From NCBI GenBank assembly GCA_964624315.1, contig CAZUWJ010000001.1, forward strand, positions 21,160 to 85,159: a stretch of 64,000 nt of DNA, read 5' to 3'. The DNA comes from an uncultured Gammaproteobacteria bacterium. GTDB lineage: Bacteria; Patescibacteriota; Patescibacteriia; Magasanikbacterales; GWA2-37-8. The notes below the pieces were generated by a model, which saw only the letters and a program-made list of their open reading frames with translations, was not told the DNA's origin and ran no database searches. Numbering within the stretch: position 1 is the first letter of the stretch; each line of letters begins with the position of its first letter. Both the position numbers and the translations under genes were made by a program. This document shows positions 19,039-27,705 of this stretch, piece by piece.

Positions 19039-19120
19039 GCCGAAGTGGTGAAACTGGTAGACACGCACGACTCAAAATCGTGTGGAGCAATCCTTGAGGG
19101 TTCGAGTCCCTCCTTCGGCA
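19039..19120 (+). tRNA. tRNA-Leu (anticodon CAA), class II with long variable arm
   Basis: Acceptor GCCGAAG/CTTCGGC, anticodon stem CACGA/TCGTG with loop CTCAAAA, long variable arm, T-arm GAGGG-TTCGAGT-CCCTC, discriminator A. Confidence 0.85.
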
Positions 19121-19190
19121 CAAGACCTACGGACGATAAACCCTCCTTCGGCACAAAACCCACTTTAACAATAGGGGTATCAATAACCTA

Positions 19191-20171
19191 TTGATACCGT
19201 ATCGATACCCTATGAACTACCTTCACATAATAATTTACGGTTTGACAGCTCTGGCCGTCTTTTTAATTTTTGTTTTTTTAAAAGATACTAAAAATCCAAA
19301 AACTTTTGCTTCAAAAAATAAAAATTTAACTTACGTTTTGATAGCTTTTTTGCTTACTATCTCTTTTGCTGGATTATATACCAGATTCATAGAACCAAAC
19401 ATTTTAATTACCAAAACTCAGTCTATAGATTTATCTAACATGGAGCAACCAATCAAAATATCTTTTATAGCTGATATACAAATCGGCAAATATAAAAAAG
19501 AAAAATGGATGAATAAAATAGTTAAAGAGGTAAAAAAAATAAAACCTGACTTAATACTATTTGGCGGGGACCTAATTTCTAATGAAGGCACGCTGGACGA
19601 TATTAAATATTTAGATACCCTATCTATTTTAACAAAAAACTACCCAACTTACTACATATTAGGAAACCATGAATACGGCTTGGGAGGGATGAACATTTCT
19701 CCAAACAAAAGCACTGGGGACAGAAGCTTAGAAACTATTCTACAAATGAATAAAATCGGAGCTAAATTACTAAGAAACAACTTCGATTGTTTAAGCTTAA
19801 ATAATCAAAAGCTTTGTTTATTTGGCATAGATGATTTATGGGGAGGGGAAATAAATTTTGAAGAATTAAAAAATTGGGATAAAAATGCAACCTTAATATA
19901 TTTAACTCACAATCCTGATGGCATATCCTACTGGCCAAACGATATTAAAAAACCAGATCTAGTTTTGTCCGGCCATACTCACGGAGGTCAAATTTATTTG
20001 CCAATTATTGGACCACTTGGCAATCCAGATGTAAAACTACCAAAAAAATATTGGAGAGGACTAAATTACTTTGACGATATTCCGCTCTATACTTCTTGTG
20101 GGGCCGGAGAATCAGGGGCAAACATACGCTTTCTTACTCCGCCAAGCATTGATGAAATAATATTAAAATAA
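19191..20171 (+). CDS. membrane-anchored calcineurin-like metallophosphoesterase
   Basis: N-terminal TM segment, then FGGDLIS, GNHEY and SGHTHGGQI metallophosphatase motifs. Confidence 0.6.
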   Translation: MIPYRYPMNYLHIIIYGLTALAVFLIFVFLKDTKNPKTFASKNKNLTYVLIAFLLTISFAGLYTRFIEPNILITKTQSIDLSNMEQPIKISFIADIQIGKYKKEKWMNKIVKEVKKIKPDLILFGGDLISNEGTLDDIKYLDTLSILTKNYPTYYILGNHEYGLGGMNISPNKSTGDRSLETILQMNKIGAKLLRNNFDCLSLNNQKLCLFGIDDLWGGEINFEELKNWDKNATLIYLTHNPDGISYWPNDIKKPDLVLSGHTHGGQIYLPIIGPLGNPDVKLPKKYWRGLNYFDDIPLYTSCGAGESGANIRFLTPPSIDEIILK

Positions 20172-20196
20172 AAAATGTAGTCCTAAATAATCTGCT

Positions 20197-20248
20197 GTCA
20201 TCCTGAGTGAAACGAAGGATCTAGATTCTTCGATACCTCAGAATGACA
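20197..20248. repeat. MITE-like palindromic repeat, short 52-bp form
   Basis: TGTCATCCTGAGTGAAACGAAGGATCT / AGATTCTTCGATACCTCAGAATGACA near-perfect palindrome between convergent genes. Confidence 0.7.
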
Positions 20249-20324
20249 ACACCATACTCAACATGACGGCTATAAAAAAATCAACGAATTAATTCGTTGA
20301 TTTTTTTATTATTTTATTTTAATA

Positions 20325-21620
20325 TTAAGGTCTCAACCTAGTAATAGTTCTTGGGAATGGAATACACTCACGAATATGTTCTACCCCGGCTATCCAACGC
20401 ACCGTTCTTTCTAGTCCAATACCAAATCCGCTATGAGGAACACTACCATATTTTCTTATATCCAAATACCATTTAAAATCTTCTAAATTTAGATTATCTT
20501 TTTTAATTTTTTCTAACAAAAGATCATAATCATCTTCACGCTCGGAACCACCTATCAATTCACCTGACCCCTCTATCCCTATCAAATCACTATTCAAAAC
20601 AATATCTGGGTTCTCCGGGTCTTCTTTCATGTAAAATGGCTTAATACTCTTGGGCCATTTTTCAATAAAGACAGGTACATCACTATCCTTTGTTAATAAT
20701 CCCTCATCATCATTTCCCAAATCTTCTCCATATTTTATATCACTCCCAAGTTCATTTAATTTTTTAATCGCTTGAGTATAGGTTAACCTGGTAAAATCTT
20801 TTTCTACAACTATTTGCAAAGGTTTAATATCTCTTTCTAAAACTTCTAATTCTTTCTGGCAATGTTCTAAACAATATTTAGCAATATACTGCACTAAGCC
20901 TTGTTGAATATCCAAATTTTCATCGTGCCCAATAAAAGCAGCTTCAGCGTCCATCATCCAAAATTCAGTCAAATGTCTTTTGGTTTTACTTTTTTCAGCA
21001 CGAAAAACTGGACCAAAATCGTAACAGCGCCCAACTGATTGTACGGCAGCCTCTAAATACAACTGACCTGACTGAGACAAATAAGCTTGTCCTAAATCAA
21101 AATAATCAACTGAAAAAAGAGTAGTTGTGCCCTCACAAGCATTGGGAGTAAAAATTGGAGAATCAACTTTTATAAAATCTTCCTTATGCAAATATTCATT
21201 AATAGCCATAATAACGGCATCTCTAACGCGTAATATCGCCCACTGTTTGGAGCTACGAAGCCATAGATGACGATTGTCCATTAAGAAATCAGGCCCATGT
21301 TCTTTGTTGGCTATTGGATAGTCTACGGAATCACTAATTACTTTAAAATTTTGCATTTGTAATTCATAAACTCCTGGTTTTTTGGGATGTTCCACTACTT
21401 TACCAACCGCTTCTACCGAGCACTCCTGTGAGCTTTGTTCTATTTGAGCCCAGCCGTCTTCACCCACATCGTTTAAACTAGCAACTCCCTGAACAAAACC
21501 AGTCCCATCACGCAACTCTAAAAAAGCTATCTTACCAGACGATCGTTTATTATAGAGCCAGCCTTTTATTTCGACTATTTCCCCCACATACTCGCTTAAT
21601 TTTTCTATATATACATGCAT
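20325..21620 (-). CDS. asnS: asparaginyl-tRNA synthetase
   Basis: Class IIb aaRS. N-terminal OB anticodon-binding domain, motif 2 FRAEKSKTKRHLTEFWMMDAE, and C-terminal YGSVPHSGFGIGLERTV, which is AsnRS-like rather than AspRS GxPPHGG. Confidence 0.75.
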   Translation of the reverse strand: MHVYIEKLSEYVGEIVEIKGWLYNKRSSGKIAFLELRDGTGFVQGVASLNDVGEDGWAQIEQSSQECSVEAVGKVVEHPKKPGVYELQMQNFKVISDSVDYPIANKEHGPDFLMDNRHLWLRSSKQWAILRVRDAVIMAINEYLHKEDFIKVDSPIFTPNACEGTTTLFSVDYFDLGQAYLSQSGQLYLEAAVQSVGRCYDFGPVFRAEKSKTKRHLTEFWMMDAEAAFIGHDENLDIQQGLVQYIAKYCLEHCQKELEVLERDIKPLQIVVEKDFTRLTYTQAIKKLNELGSDIKYGEDLGNDDEGLLTKDSDVPVFIEKWPKSIKPFYMKEDPENPDIVLNSDLIGIEGSGELIGGSEREDDYDLLLEKIKKDNLNLEDFKWYLDIRKYGSVPHSGFGIGLERTVRWIAGVEHIRECIPFPRTITRLRP

Positions 21621-21656
21621 ATTTTATAATTTACTATTTTATTAATCTTAACAAAA

Positions 21657-22220
21657 TTAACTAAAACTTTCAAGGCTTGCCCAATCCCCCATATCGTATT
21701 CTAATACACCTCTTACTTTTTCATAAATAAGTTTATGCTGTAAAACTCTGTTGTGATCAGACCATTTTTTGATATCCGTACTAAAATCATACAACCCTAA
21801 CACTTTGAGAAACTTTATAAAAAATAAATCAATAATCTTTGTTTTATCTTTCAAATTATTTTGTTCTAAATATGTTAAAAAATCATAGAGTAATTTAAAT
21901 AACTCTTCATCTCTATGCTGTTCTTTGACGGTTTTACCAAATACTTTAATAACAAACTTTACCACCAATATTTTATCAAAATTTGTCCGAATATTTTTAT
22001 AATATTCTAAACCCAGAACTTTAGTTACACGATTAAATTCTTTTCCTTTTTCTATATCAATCTCTACAAAAGAACACGGCTCCAGATAGGCCGCATTTTT
22101 TGAAACTATTTTTTTAGCACCCGTAGCTATTGCCTCTATTTTTCCTTGCTCTAAAGTATAAAGACTGATAGATTTATCATTTTCTCTAAAATCACGACAG
22201 GACAAAATTATACCTAACAT
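21657..22220 (-). CDS. recO: DNA repair protein RecO (short form)
   Basis: N-terminal OB-fold pattern MLGIILSCRDFRENDKSISLYTLEQGKIEAIATGAKK ... AAYLEP resembles RecO. Adjacent to ruvX. Weakly supported. Confidence 0.45.
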   Translation of the reverse strand: MLGIILSCRDFRENDKSISLYTLEQGKIEAIATGAKKIVSKNAAYLEPCSFVEIDIEKGKEFNRVTKVLGLEYYKNIRTNFDKILVVKFVIKVFGKTVKEQHRDEELFKLLYDFLTYLEQNNLKDKTKIIDLFFIKFLKVLGLYDFSTDIKKWSDHNRVLQHKLIYEKVRGVLEYDMGDWASLESFS

Positions 22221-22227
22221 ATTTAAA

Positions 22228-22599
22228 TTATTTCCTATTTTTACTTACTAAAAAAGATTCCAAAATAACCATTGCTGATTTTTCATCTCTTGTTGCTATC
22301 CCACCCATTACATCTGCCTGCTGAGAAGAAAATCTCTCATCATAAAACTCTAAGGGCGCTTGAATTTCTTTTTTTAATTTTTCAGCAAACTTTCTTACTC
22401 TTTTTGCATTGGCCTGCTCTGTACCATCTAATCCTAAAGGCAAACCCAAAACAACCTTCTCAACCTTTTCTTCTTTTATTACTTTTACTATATCATCTAA
22501 GCTATGAACTACTCCAAAAGGCAAAACCACCCCAATATCTGTATCAGACCAGGCTAAACCAAAATTTTTTGTACCAAAATCAATTCCTAGAATATTCAT
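22228..22599 (-). CDS. ruvX: Holliday-junction resolvase-like YqgF/RuvX
   Basis: MNILGIDFGTKNFGLAWSD ... VVLGLPL RNase-H-like signature. Confidence 0.8.
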   Translation of the reverse strand: MNILGIDFGTKNFGLAWSDTDIGVVLPFGVVHSLDDIVKVIKEEKVEKVVLGLPLGLDGTEQANAKRVRKFAEKLKKEIQAPLEFYDERFSSQQADVMGGIATRDEKSAMVILESFLVSKNRK

Positions 22600-22625
22600 A
22601 AACGCTAAATCTAAAATAATACACC

Positions 22626-22762
22626 GTCATCCTGATCCGCCAAATGGCGGAGAAGGATCTTTACTACAGATTACATACAAAAAAGTAATGATAGCAACTA
22701 AAGATTCCTCCACTTCGCTCTACCCCGCCTCCTCGGCGGGTTGAGCTACGGTCGGAATGACA
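22626..22762. repeat. MITE-like palindromic repeat, GC-rich-core subfamily
   Basis: CGTCATCCTGATCCGCCAAATGGCGGAGAAGGATCT ... CGGCGGGTTGAGCTACGGTCGGAATGACA, homologous to 18319..18440. Confidence 0.7.
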
Positions 22763-22767
22763 ACGGT

Positions 22768-23601
22768 TTAAAATCTTTCCTTATTCTCATCCGGTCTCCT
22801 GGTAACTACTTCACAACCACTATCAGTAATAATTATTGTATGCTCAAAATGGCCAGACAAAGAATTGTCAGCTGTCTCAATAGTCCACCCATCACTAGCA
22901 GTTTTTATTTTATAAGTTCCAAGTGTTATCATCGGTTCAATCGCAATTACTACACCCGGTTCCAATATCCATTTTTCTAATTCTTTTTCATAATAATTTG
23001 TTACGCGAGGTTGCTCATGAACTTCATGGCCAACGCCGTGACCAACTAAATCACGCACAATCCCATAATTTCCTTGAGATTTTACATACTTTTCAATAGA
23101 GGCCCCGATATCAGCGACAGTGTTGCCCGGTTTGCAAACTTTTATACCAGCTTTTAGAGCCCCCCTGGTTGTCTTTAGTAATTTTTTTGTTTTTGAATCA
23201 ATGCTCCCAATAGGAAAAGTAATCGCTGTATCTGTAAACCAGCCTCGAACTCTTTCTTTTTTATTTTTACTACCAGAATATACTGGCCATTCCATCCCAA
23301 TATCAATGCTAAAAATATCACTTTCTTTTAAAACGACATCTTTACGAGCGATACCATGAACTATGCCTTCGTTTATAGAAGCACAGATAGCTGTTGGAAA
23401 AGGTATATCACCCGCTCCAGACACGTAGCCTTTGAAAGATGGTTTACCTCCGACTGCTTTTATTTTTTCTTCAGCTAGCTCACTTATCTCCCAGGTAGAA
23501 ACTCCGGCTTTTGAAGCTTTTACTAACTCAGATAAAATACGACCCAAAATTTTTCCACCAGCCTTAATTTGTTTTAATTCTTCTTTTTCTTTTATATACA
23601 T
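22768..23601 (-). CDS. map: methionine aminopeptidase type I
   Basis: Pita-bread metal ligands: DIGASIEKYV ... GHGVGHEVHE ... metal-binding D/H/E residues. Confidence 0.9.
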   Translation of the reverse strand: MYIKEKEELKQIKAGGKILGRILSELVKASKAGVSTWEISELAEEKIKAVGGKPSFKGYVSGAGDIPFPTAICASINEGIVHGIARKDVVLKESDIFSIDIGMEWPVYSGSKNKKERVRGWFTDTAITFPIGSIDSKTKKLLKTTRGALKAGIKVCKPGNTVADIGASIEKYVKSQGNYGIVRDLVGHGVGHEVHEQPRVTNYYEKELEKWILEPGVVIAIEPMITLGTYKIKTASDGWTIETADNSLSGHFEHTIIITDSGCEVVTRRPDENKERF

Positions 23602-23602
23602 A

Positions 23603-24265
23603 TTAATTTTTTAAAATTTGGTCAATATCAGACTCTACTTCTTCAATAGTTTTTTGACCATCAACTTTTTTTAATACACCCAAATTATCATAAAAATCTA
23701 AAATAGGTTTCAAAGGGACATTGCCTTGTTTATCTATCCTCTCCTTAATGACTTCTTCACTGTCATCTGCTCTCACTTCTAAGTCTCCACCACATTTTAG
23801 ACATTTATCTATGTTGTAATATTTCGGAAGCCAAGGAATTATTTCTCCACAACTTTTACAAACTCTTCTTTTGGTTAATCTATTAAAACTTTCTTCATCA
23901 GACAAAGACACTTCAATCGCTTTTACCTCGTCAGCTAAGTTTTTGCTAACAAAAAAATCTTGATATTTTTCAGCTTGAGCAACATTTCGTATAGCTCCGT
24001 CTAATAGAACTCCTTGACCAGCATCCAAATATTTTTCAATTTCTGCAAAAGCCAGCTTGTATATCAAATCATCAGACACGAGTTTGCCGGTTTTCATCTC
24101 TTCTAGCTTCTTTTTATCTTCTGAGTCAGCGTTCGGATCACTCGCTAATGCACGCAAAAGATCACCAGTTGAAATATGGCCATATTTATGTTTTTCAACT
24201 AATTTTTTAGCCTGAGTGCCCTTTCCGCTTCCTGGCGGGCCAATTAAAATGATTATTTTTTGCAT
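23603..24265 (-). CDS. adk: adenylate kinase with zinc-binding lid
   Basis: P-loop IILIGPPGSGKGTQA and CKSCG ... CLKCGG lid cysteines. Confidence 0.9.
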   Translation of the reverse strand: MQKIIILIGPPGSGKGTQAKKLVEKHKYGHISTGDLLRALASDPNADSEDKKKLEEMKTGKLVSDDLIYKLAFAEIEKYLDAGQGVLLDGAIRNVAQAEKYQDFFVSKNLADEVKAIEVSLSDEESFNRLTKRRVCKSCGEIIPWLPKYYNIDKCLKCGGDLEVRADDSEEVIKERIDKQGNVPLKPILDFYDNLGVLKKVDGQKTIEEVESDIDQILKN

Positions 24266-24322
24266 AAATTTGATTTTTTCCGCTTAAATTAGGCAAAATT
24301 AGTATAACATAAAGCTAGGGGC

Positions 24323-24351
24323 TTGACAAGAAGGTTAAAATGTGGTATAAT
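24323..24351 (+). promoter_or_regulatory. consensus sigma70 promoter of lipoprotein cassette 1
   Basis: TTGACA, 17-bp spacer, TATAAT. Confidence 0.55.
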
Positions 24352-24616
24352 AATCTGTTAAATAAATACTGTTAGAGAGAGCGGTATTTTACACAAAACT
24401 CTTGTTTTATGTAAAATTCCCCTCTTTATCCAAGAGGGGTTTGTTCTTTAAAATTAAGGGTTATTTAAAAAGATTTGTTGTTTTCTTCCTAGCTATTGTT
24501 CTAAGCATTTATTTACTAAATACTTATTGGTAAATGGATGTTTAGAACAATAACACTGACAGTGCTTAGTGCCTAGCTTAGGGCCTTATAAAGTAAGTAG
24601 GAACAATGAGAAGACC

Positions 24617-25186
24617 ATGAAAAATTTTAAAACCATAGCAGGAGACCTGGCCTTCCTAATGGCCATCGCGATTTTCACCGCCACCTTCATGGGGTGTGGC
24701 GATGGTATTAGCGAAATCATGACCCAAGAAGACCTAATGGAAGGTATTGTGCCTTCTTTTGGCGATGGTGTCATGACCTCCCTCCCAGAGGGTTATTATG
24801 GACAGGTGTTCGCCTGTTACGACACCCCACACACTGATCGGATTCAAGATCCCTCCAATGTCCTTTTCGAGAATAAAAACTTGAAAGGATACTACGACAA
24901 GTGGTCTGGAAAGGTTTACCTCCAGAAAAAAGACGGGGAACAAAACAAAATCGTAATACAGTGTAGAGGGGAAGAAGTGCAAGAAGTGCACTATGTTGCC
25001 GAAGCATGGGAGGGACGATCCTCCGGAAGTATGAAATGCTACTACATCGTCGACGGCTGTCGTAACACGGAAAACATCTGTTTCCGCTACGAACAAGACG
25101 GAAGCAGCTCCACCACTTTCTCTCCAACAACAGCCCGAAGGGCTGAGTTGGATAGCCTTTGTATGGGCTTCCAAAATTTCAAATAA
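24617..25186 (+). CDS. GC-rich secreted cysteine-rich lipoprotein (hypothetical), paralog A
   Basis: Start MKNFKTIAGDLAFLMAIAIFTATFMGCG (signal peptide plus lipobox). About 50% GC, 10 Cys. Antisense six-frame ORFs 24734..25174 and 24771..25130 are artefacts. Confidence 0.5.
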   Translation: MKNFKTIAGDLAFLMAIAIFTATFMGCGDGISEIMTQEDLMEGIVPSFGDGVMTSLPEGYYGQVFACYDTPHTDRIQDPSNVLFENKNLKGYYDKWSGKVYLQKKDGEQNKIVIQCRGEEVQEVHYVAEAWEGRSSGSMKCYYIVDGCRNTENICFRYEQDGSSSTTFSPTTARRAELDSLCMGFQNFK

Positions 25187-25205
25187 CCCTTTTTTCTCTT
25201 ACTAC

Positions 25206-25242
25206 CCCTCGGCACAATTCGTGCTTGGGGGTGTTTTTTTTA
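25206..25242 (+). terminator. rho-independent terminator of cassette 1
   Basis: CCCCTCGGCACAATTCGTGCTTGGGGG plus a T-run. Near-identical to the terminator at 25899..25931. Confidence 0.6.
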
Positions 25243-25259
25243 TTATCCTTCTATCCCCC

Positions 25260-25289
25260 TTGACAAAACCCTGAAAATATGATATAATA
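25260..25289 (+). promoter_or_regulatory. consensus sigma70 promoter of lipoprotein cassette 2
   Basis: TTGACA, 18-bp spacer, TATAAT. Confidence 0.55.
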
Positions 25290-25453
25290 GCTTGTTGTAA
25301 AAACTGTTCTTTAAAATTAAGGGTTATTTAAAAAATACAATCATTCCAAGAAGATTAAAGCTAATACATTGGCTTTGGTTTTCTTGGAATGATACGAAAA
25401 TTGGAACGAACCTATTGACGCTCACCGTGGAACGGTGGGCAGGAGAATGAACA

Positions 25454-25891
25454 ATGCAACTCATGGCCAAAGCTACGATGTTTGCCATTCTTATTTCTAT
25501 TTTCGCAATCGCCTTTGGGGGTTGCGGACATGAAGAAACATGGGATCAAGATGCGACCCTGCCCATCCAATCCCTCTTAGAAGAAGAAGGGGGCTGGATA
25601 GGTATGGGTAGTAATGAGCTTGACCAAACGATTTATTATAAAGATGCATACTACCACTTTGAGAAGGGAGACCAGCATCTCAAGGTGAAGTGTTATCCTC
25701 TAAAATATAAGGGTAAGCTCAACCACCTCTTTAATTACCTCGTATACACGCCCAGAGGGGAAGACGAACGCGAGGAGTTTATTTTTTGTGAGGGCCTACT
25801 GCCATGTAGGTGGCAGCAACATGACTTTAACGTCCGGTTTTATCTAAAACCAGGCACAAGGGCCATCCTGGAAAATATCTGTTCAATGTAA
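25454..25891 (+). CDS. GC-rich secreted cysteine-rich lipoprotein (hypothetical), paralog B
   Basis: MQLMAKATMFAILISIFAIAFGGCG signal peptide plus lipobox. AGGAGA SD. Shares the ENIC motif and Cys spacing with paralog A. Confidence 0.5.
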   Translation: MQLMAKATMFAILISIFAIAFGGCGHEETWDQDATLPIQSLLEEEGGWIGMGSNELDQTIYYKDAYYHFEKGDQHLKVKCYPLKYKGKLNHLFNYLVYTPRGEDEREEFIFCEGLLPCRWQQHDFNVRFYLKPGTRAILENICSM

Positions 25892-25898
25892 TAACCCT

Positions 25899-25931
25899 TT
25901 TTCTTACCGCCCCCGGCACAGTTGTGCTGGG
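25899..25931 (+). terminator. rho-independent terminator of cassette 2
   Basis: CCCCCGGCACAGTTGTGCTGGGGG plus a T-run. Confidence 0.6.
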
Positions 25932-25964
25932 GGTATTTTTTTATTAACTGCTAATTAAAACAAA

Positions 25965-26232
25965 CTGTCATCCTGAGGAACCGAAGGATCTAATACCACA
26001 GCTCTAGATCCTTCGATTCCTCAGGATGACAATGCCCTACCTAGAAAGATATTGTACCACAGCTCTAGATCCTTCGATTCCTCAGAATGACAATGCCCTA
26101 CCTAGAAAGATATTGTACCACAACTTTAGATTCTTCTCCGCCACCCGGCGGATCAGAATGACAACACTCCCTTTGTAGGTAGGCAAACCCGCTTTCGCGG
26201 GGATAACACTATATTTTTTGTTTAATATAAAA
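25965..26232. repeat. tandem array of MITE-like repeat units and half-units
   Basis: One full palindromic unit, then two tandem roughly 60-bp units ATGCCCTACCTAGAAAGATATTGTACCACAGCTCTAGATCCTTCGATTCCTCAG(G/A)ATGACA, then two degenerate units ending in AGAATGACA and CCCGCTTTCGCGGGGATAACA. Confidence 0.7.
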
Positions 26233-26372
26233 TAAAGAAACTATAGTTTTAACTACAGTTTAAACTATAGTTTCTTTTACTCTTAAAATTTAAAAACCTC
26301 TCCGTAAAGAAAGGTTTTTTATTTGATTATTAGATCCTTCGGTTCCTCAGGAGGACAATGCTACAAGAAAAT

Positions 26373-27671
26373 TTATATCCTATCGTATTCATGCATTGTT
26401 ACCTGTGCTTCAATCTGTTTCGCTATATCAATTGCAACAGCTACTACGATCAATATACTAGTACCACCGATAGATAAGCTCTGTACCCCAAGTATACCAC
26501 GCAACACAAGCGGTAAAATAGCAATACCAGCCAAGAATGATGCTCCGGTTAAGTTAATCCTAGTCATTGTTCTGTTAAGATAACTTTCTGTTTCTTTACC
26601 AGGACGAATACCAGGAATAAAACCACCTTGACGTTGTAAATTCTCAGCGATTTTCTGAGGATGAAATATAACAGCAGTATAAAAATATGTAAAACCAAAT
26701 ACCAAGACAAAATATAATACTGCGTAAAAAACTTGATTTTGAAATACTTTAACAACACCCATAGCCAGACTCGCCATCCAAGCACTCTGCGCATTTATAA
26801 AAAACTGAGCAATCATCGGTGGAAATAAAATCAAAGAAATAGCAAAGATAATTGGAATAACACCAGCAAGATTCACACGCAACGGTAAATGGGTATTTGA
26901 TCCACCATACATTTTATTACCTCTAATTTGTTTCGCATAACTAACTGGAATATTTCTCTGACCTTCGTTTATAAACACAACTCCAACGATAGTAAAAACA
27001 GTAATTCCTCCAAATAAGATTAGTGTATATAAATCAGATGGATTATAGTTAACTATTAAATTTCTAACAACAGTTGGCAAACCTGTAACGATACCAGCAA
27101 AGATCAAAAGCGAAATACCATTACCCACTTTCTTTTCAGTTATCATCTCACCGATCCACATCAAAAATATAGTACCAGCTGTAATTGTTAAAATCATAAT
27201 TAAAAATCTGAAAGCATCAACTCCCACCAAAAGAGGAACTTGAGATTGAGAATTCAAAAGCTTTATCATGCTATATGATTGTAAAAAAGCCAATGGTACA
27301 GTTAAAAAACGAGTATACATGTTTATTTTTTGCTGACCAGATTCACCTTCTTTTTGAATTTCTTCTAACTTTGGCACAATCATGGTTAACAACTGAAATA
27401 TAATAGATGCAGTAATATAAGGGGCAATACCAAGCATAACTACTGAAAAGTTCTGCATAGTTCCACCTGAAAAAACATTTAACATCCCAAGCATTTGATT
27501 GCCAGCTAACATTTTTTGTAAAGCTCCAGCATCTACACCTGGCACAGGAATGTGAGCTACTAATCTAAAAATAACCAACATCAAAACAACAAATAAGATA
27601 TTTTTTCTTAAATCTTTTATTTTCCAAATTTGTCTAACTTTATCTGACCACATATTTTTTAAATTAATCAA
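26373..27671 (-). CDS. secY: preprotein translocase SecY
   Basis: 432 aa, 10 TM segments, conserved GGTSILI and plug/TM2 motifs. Positioned after rplO as in the spc operon. Confidence 0.9.
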   Translation of the reverse strand: MINLKNMWSDKVRQIWKIKDLRKNILFVVLMLVIFRLVAHIPVPGVDAGALQKMLAGNQMLGMLNVFSGGTMQNFSVVMLGIAPYITASIIFQLLTMIVPKLEEIQKEGESGQQKINMYTRFLTVPLAFLQSYSMIKLLNSQSQVPLLVGVDAFRFLIMILTITAGTIFLMWIGEMITEKKVGNGISLLIFAGIVTGLPTVVRNLIVNYNPSDLYTLILFGGITVFTIVGVVFINEGQRNIPVSYAKQIRGNKMYGGSNTHLPLRVNLAGVIPIIFAISLILFPPMIAQFFINAQSAWMASLAMGVVKVFQNQVFYAVLYFVLVFGFTYFYTAVIFHPQKIAENLQRQGGFIPGIRPGKETESYLNRTMTRINLTGASFLAGIAILPLVLRGILGVQSLSIGGTSILIVVAVAIDIAKQIEAQVTMHEYDRI

Positions 27672-27705
27672 TAACCCTAAAATATAATGCTCTGAGAGTT
27701 ATAAT

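Noticed and set aside
18635-19120. Group I intron interrupting tRNA-Leu
   Set aside because: A complete, uninterrupted tRNA-Leu follows the insert. The duplicated segment is the 5' half rather than a split exon, the exon base at the junction is A rather than U, and no P1-P9 core-sized sequence is present (about 90 nt between fragment and ORF).
22272-22601. 109-aa plus-strand ORF
   Set aside because: It lies entirely antisense within ruvX and has a low-complexity L/Q-rich product.
24734-25174. 146-aa and 119-aa minus-strand ORFs inside lipoprotein gene A
   Set aside because: They are antisense artefacts of a GC-rich coding region. The plus-strand ORF has a signal peptide, lipobox, SD and promoter.
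25965-26232. CRISPR array
   Set aside because: The repeated units are roughly 60 bp with no unique spacers between them (unit equals repeat), and they carry the MITE terminal motif. No cas genes are nearby. This is a tandem MITE array, not CRISPR.
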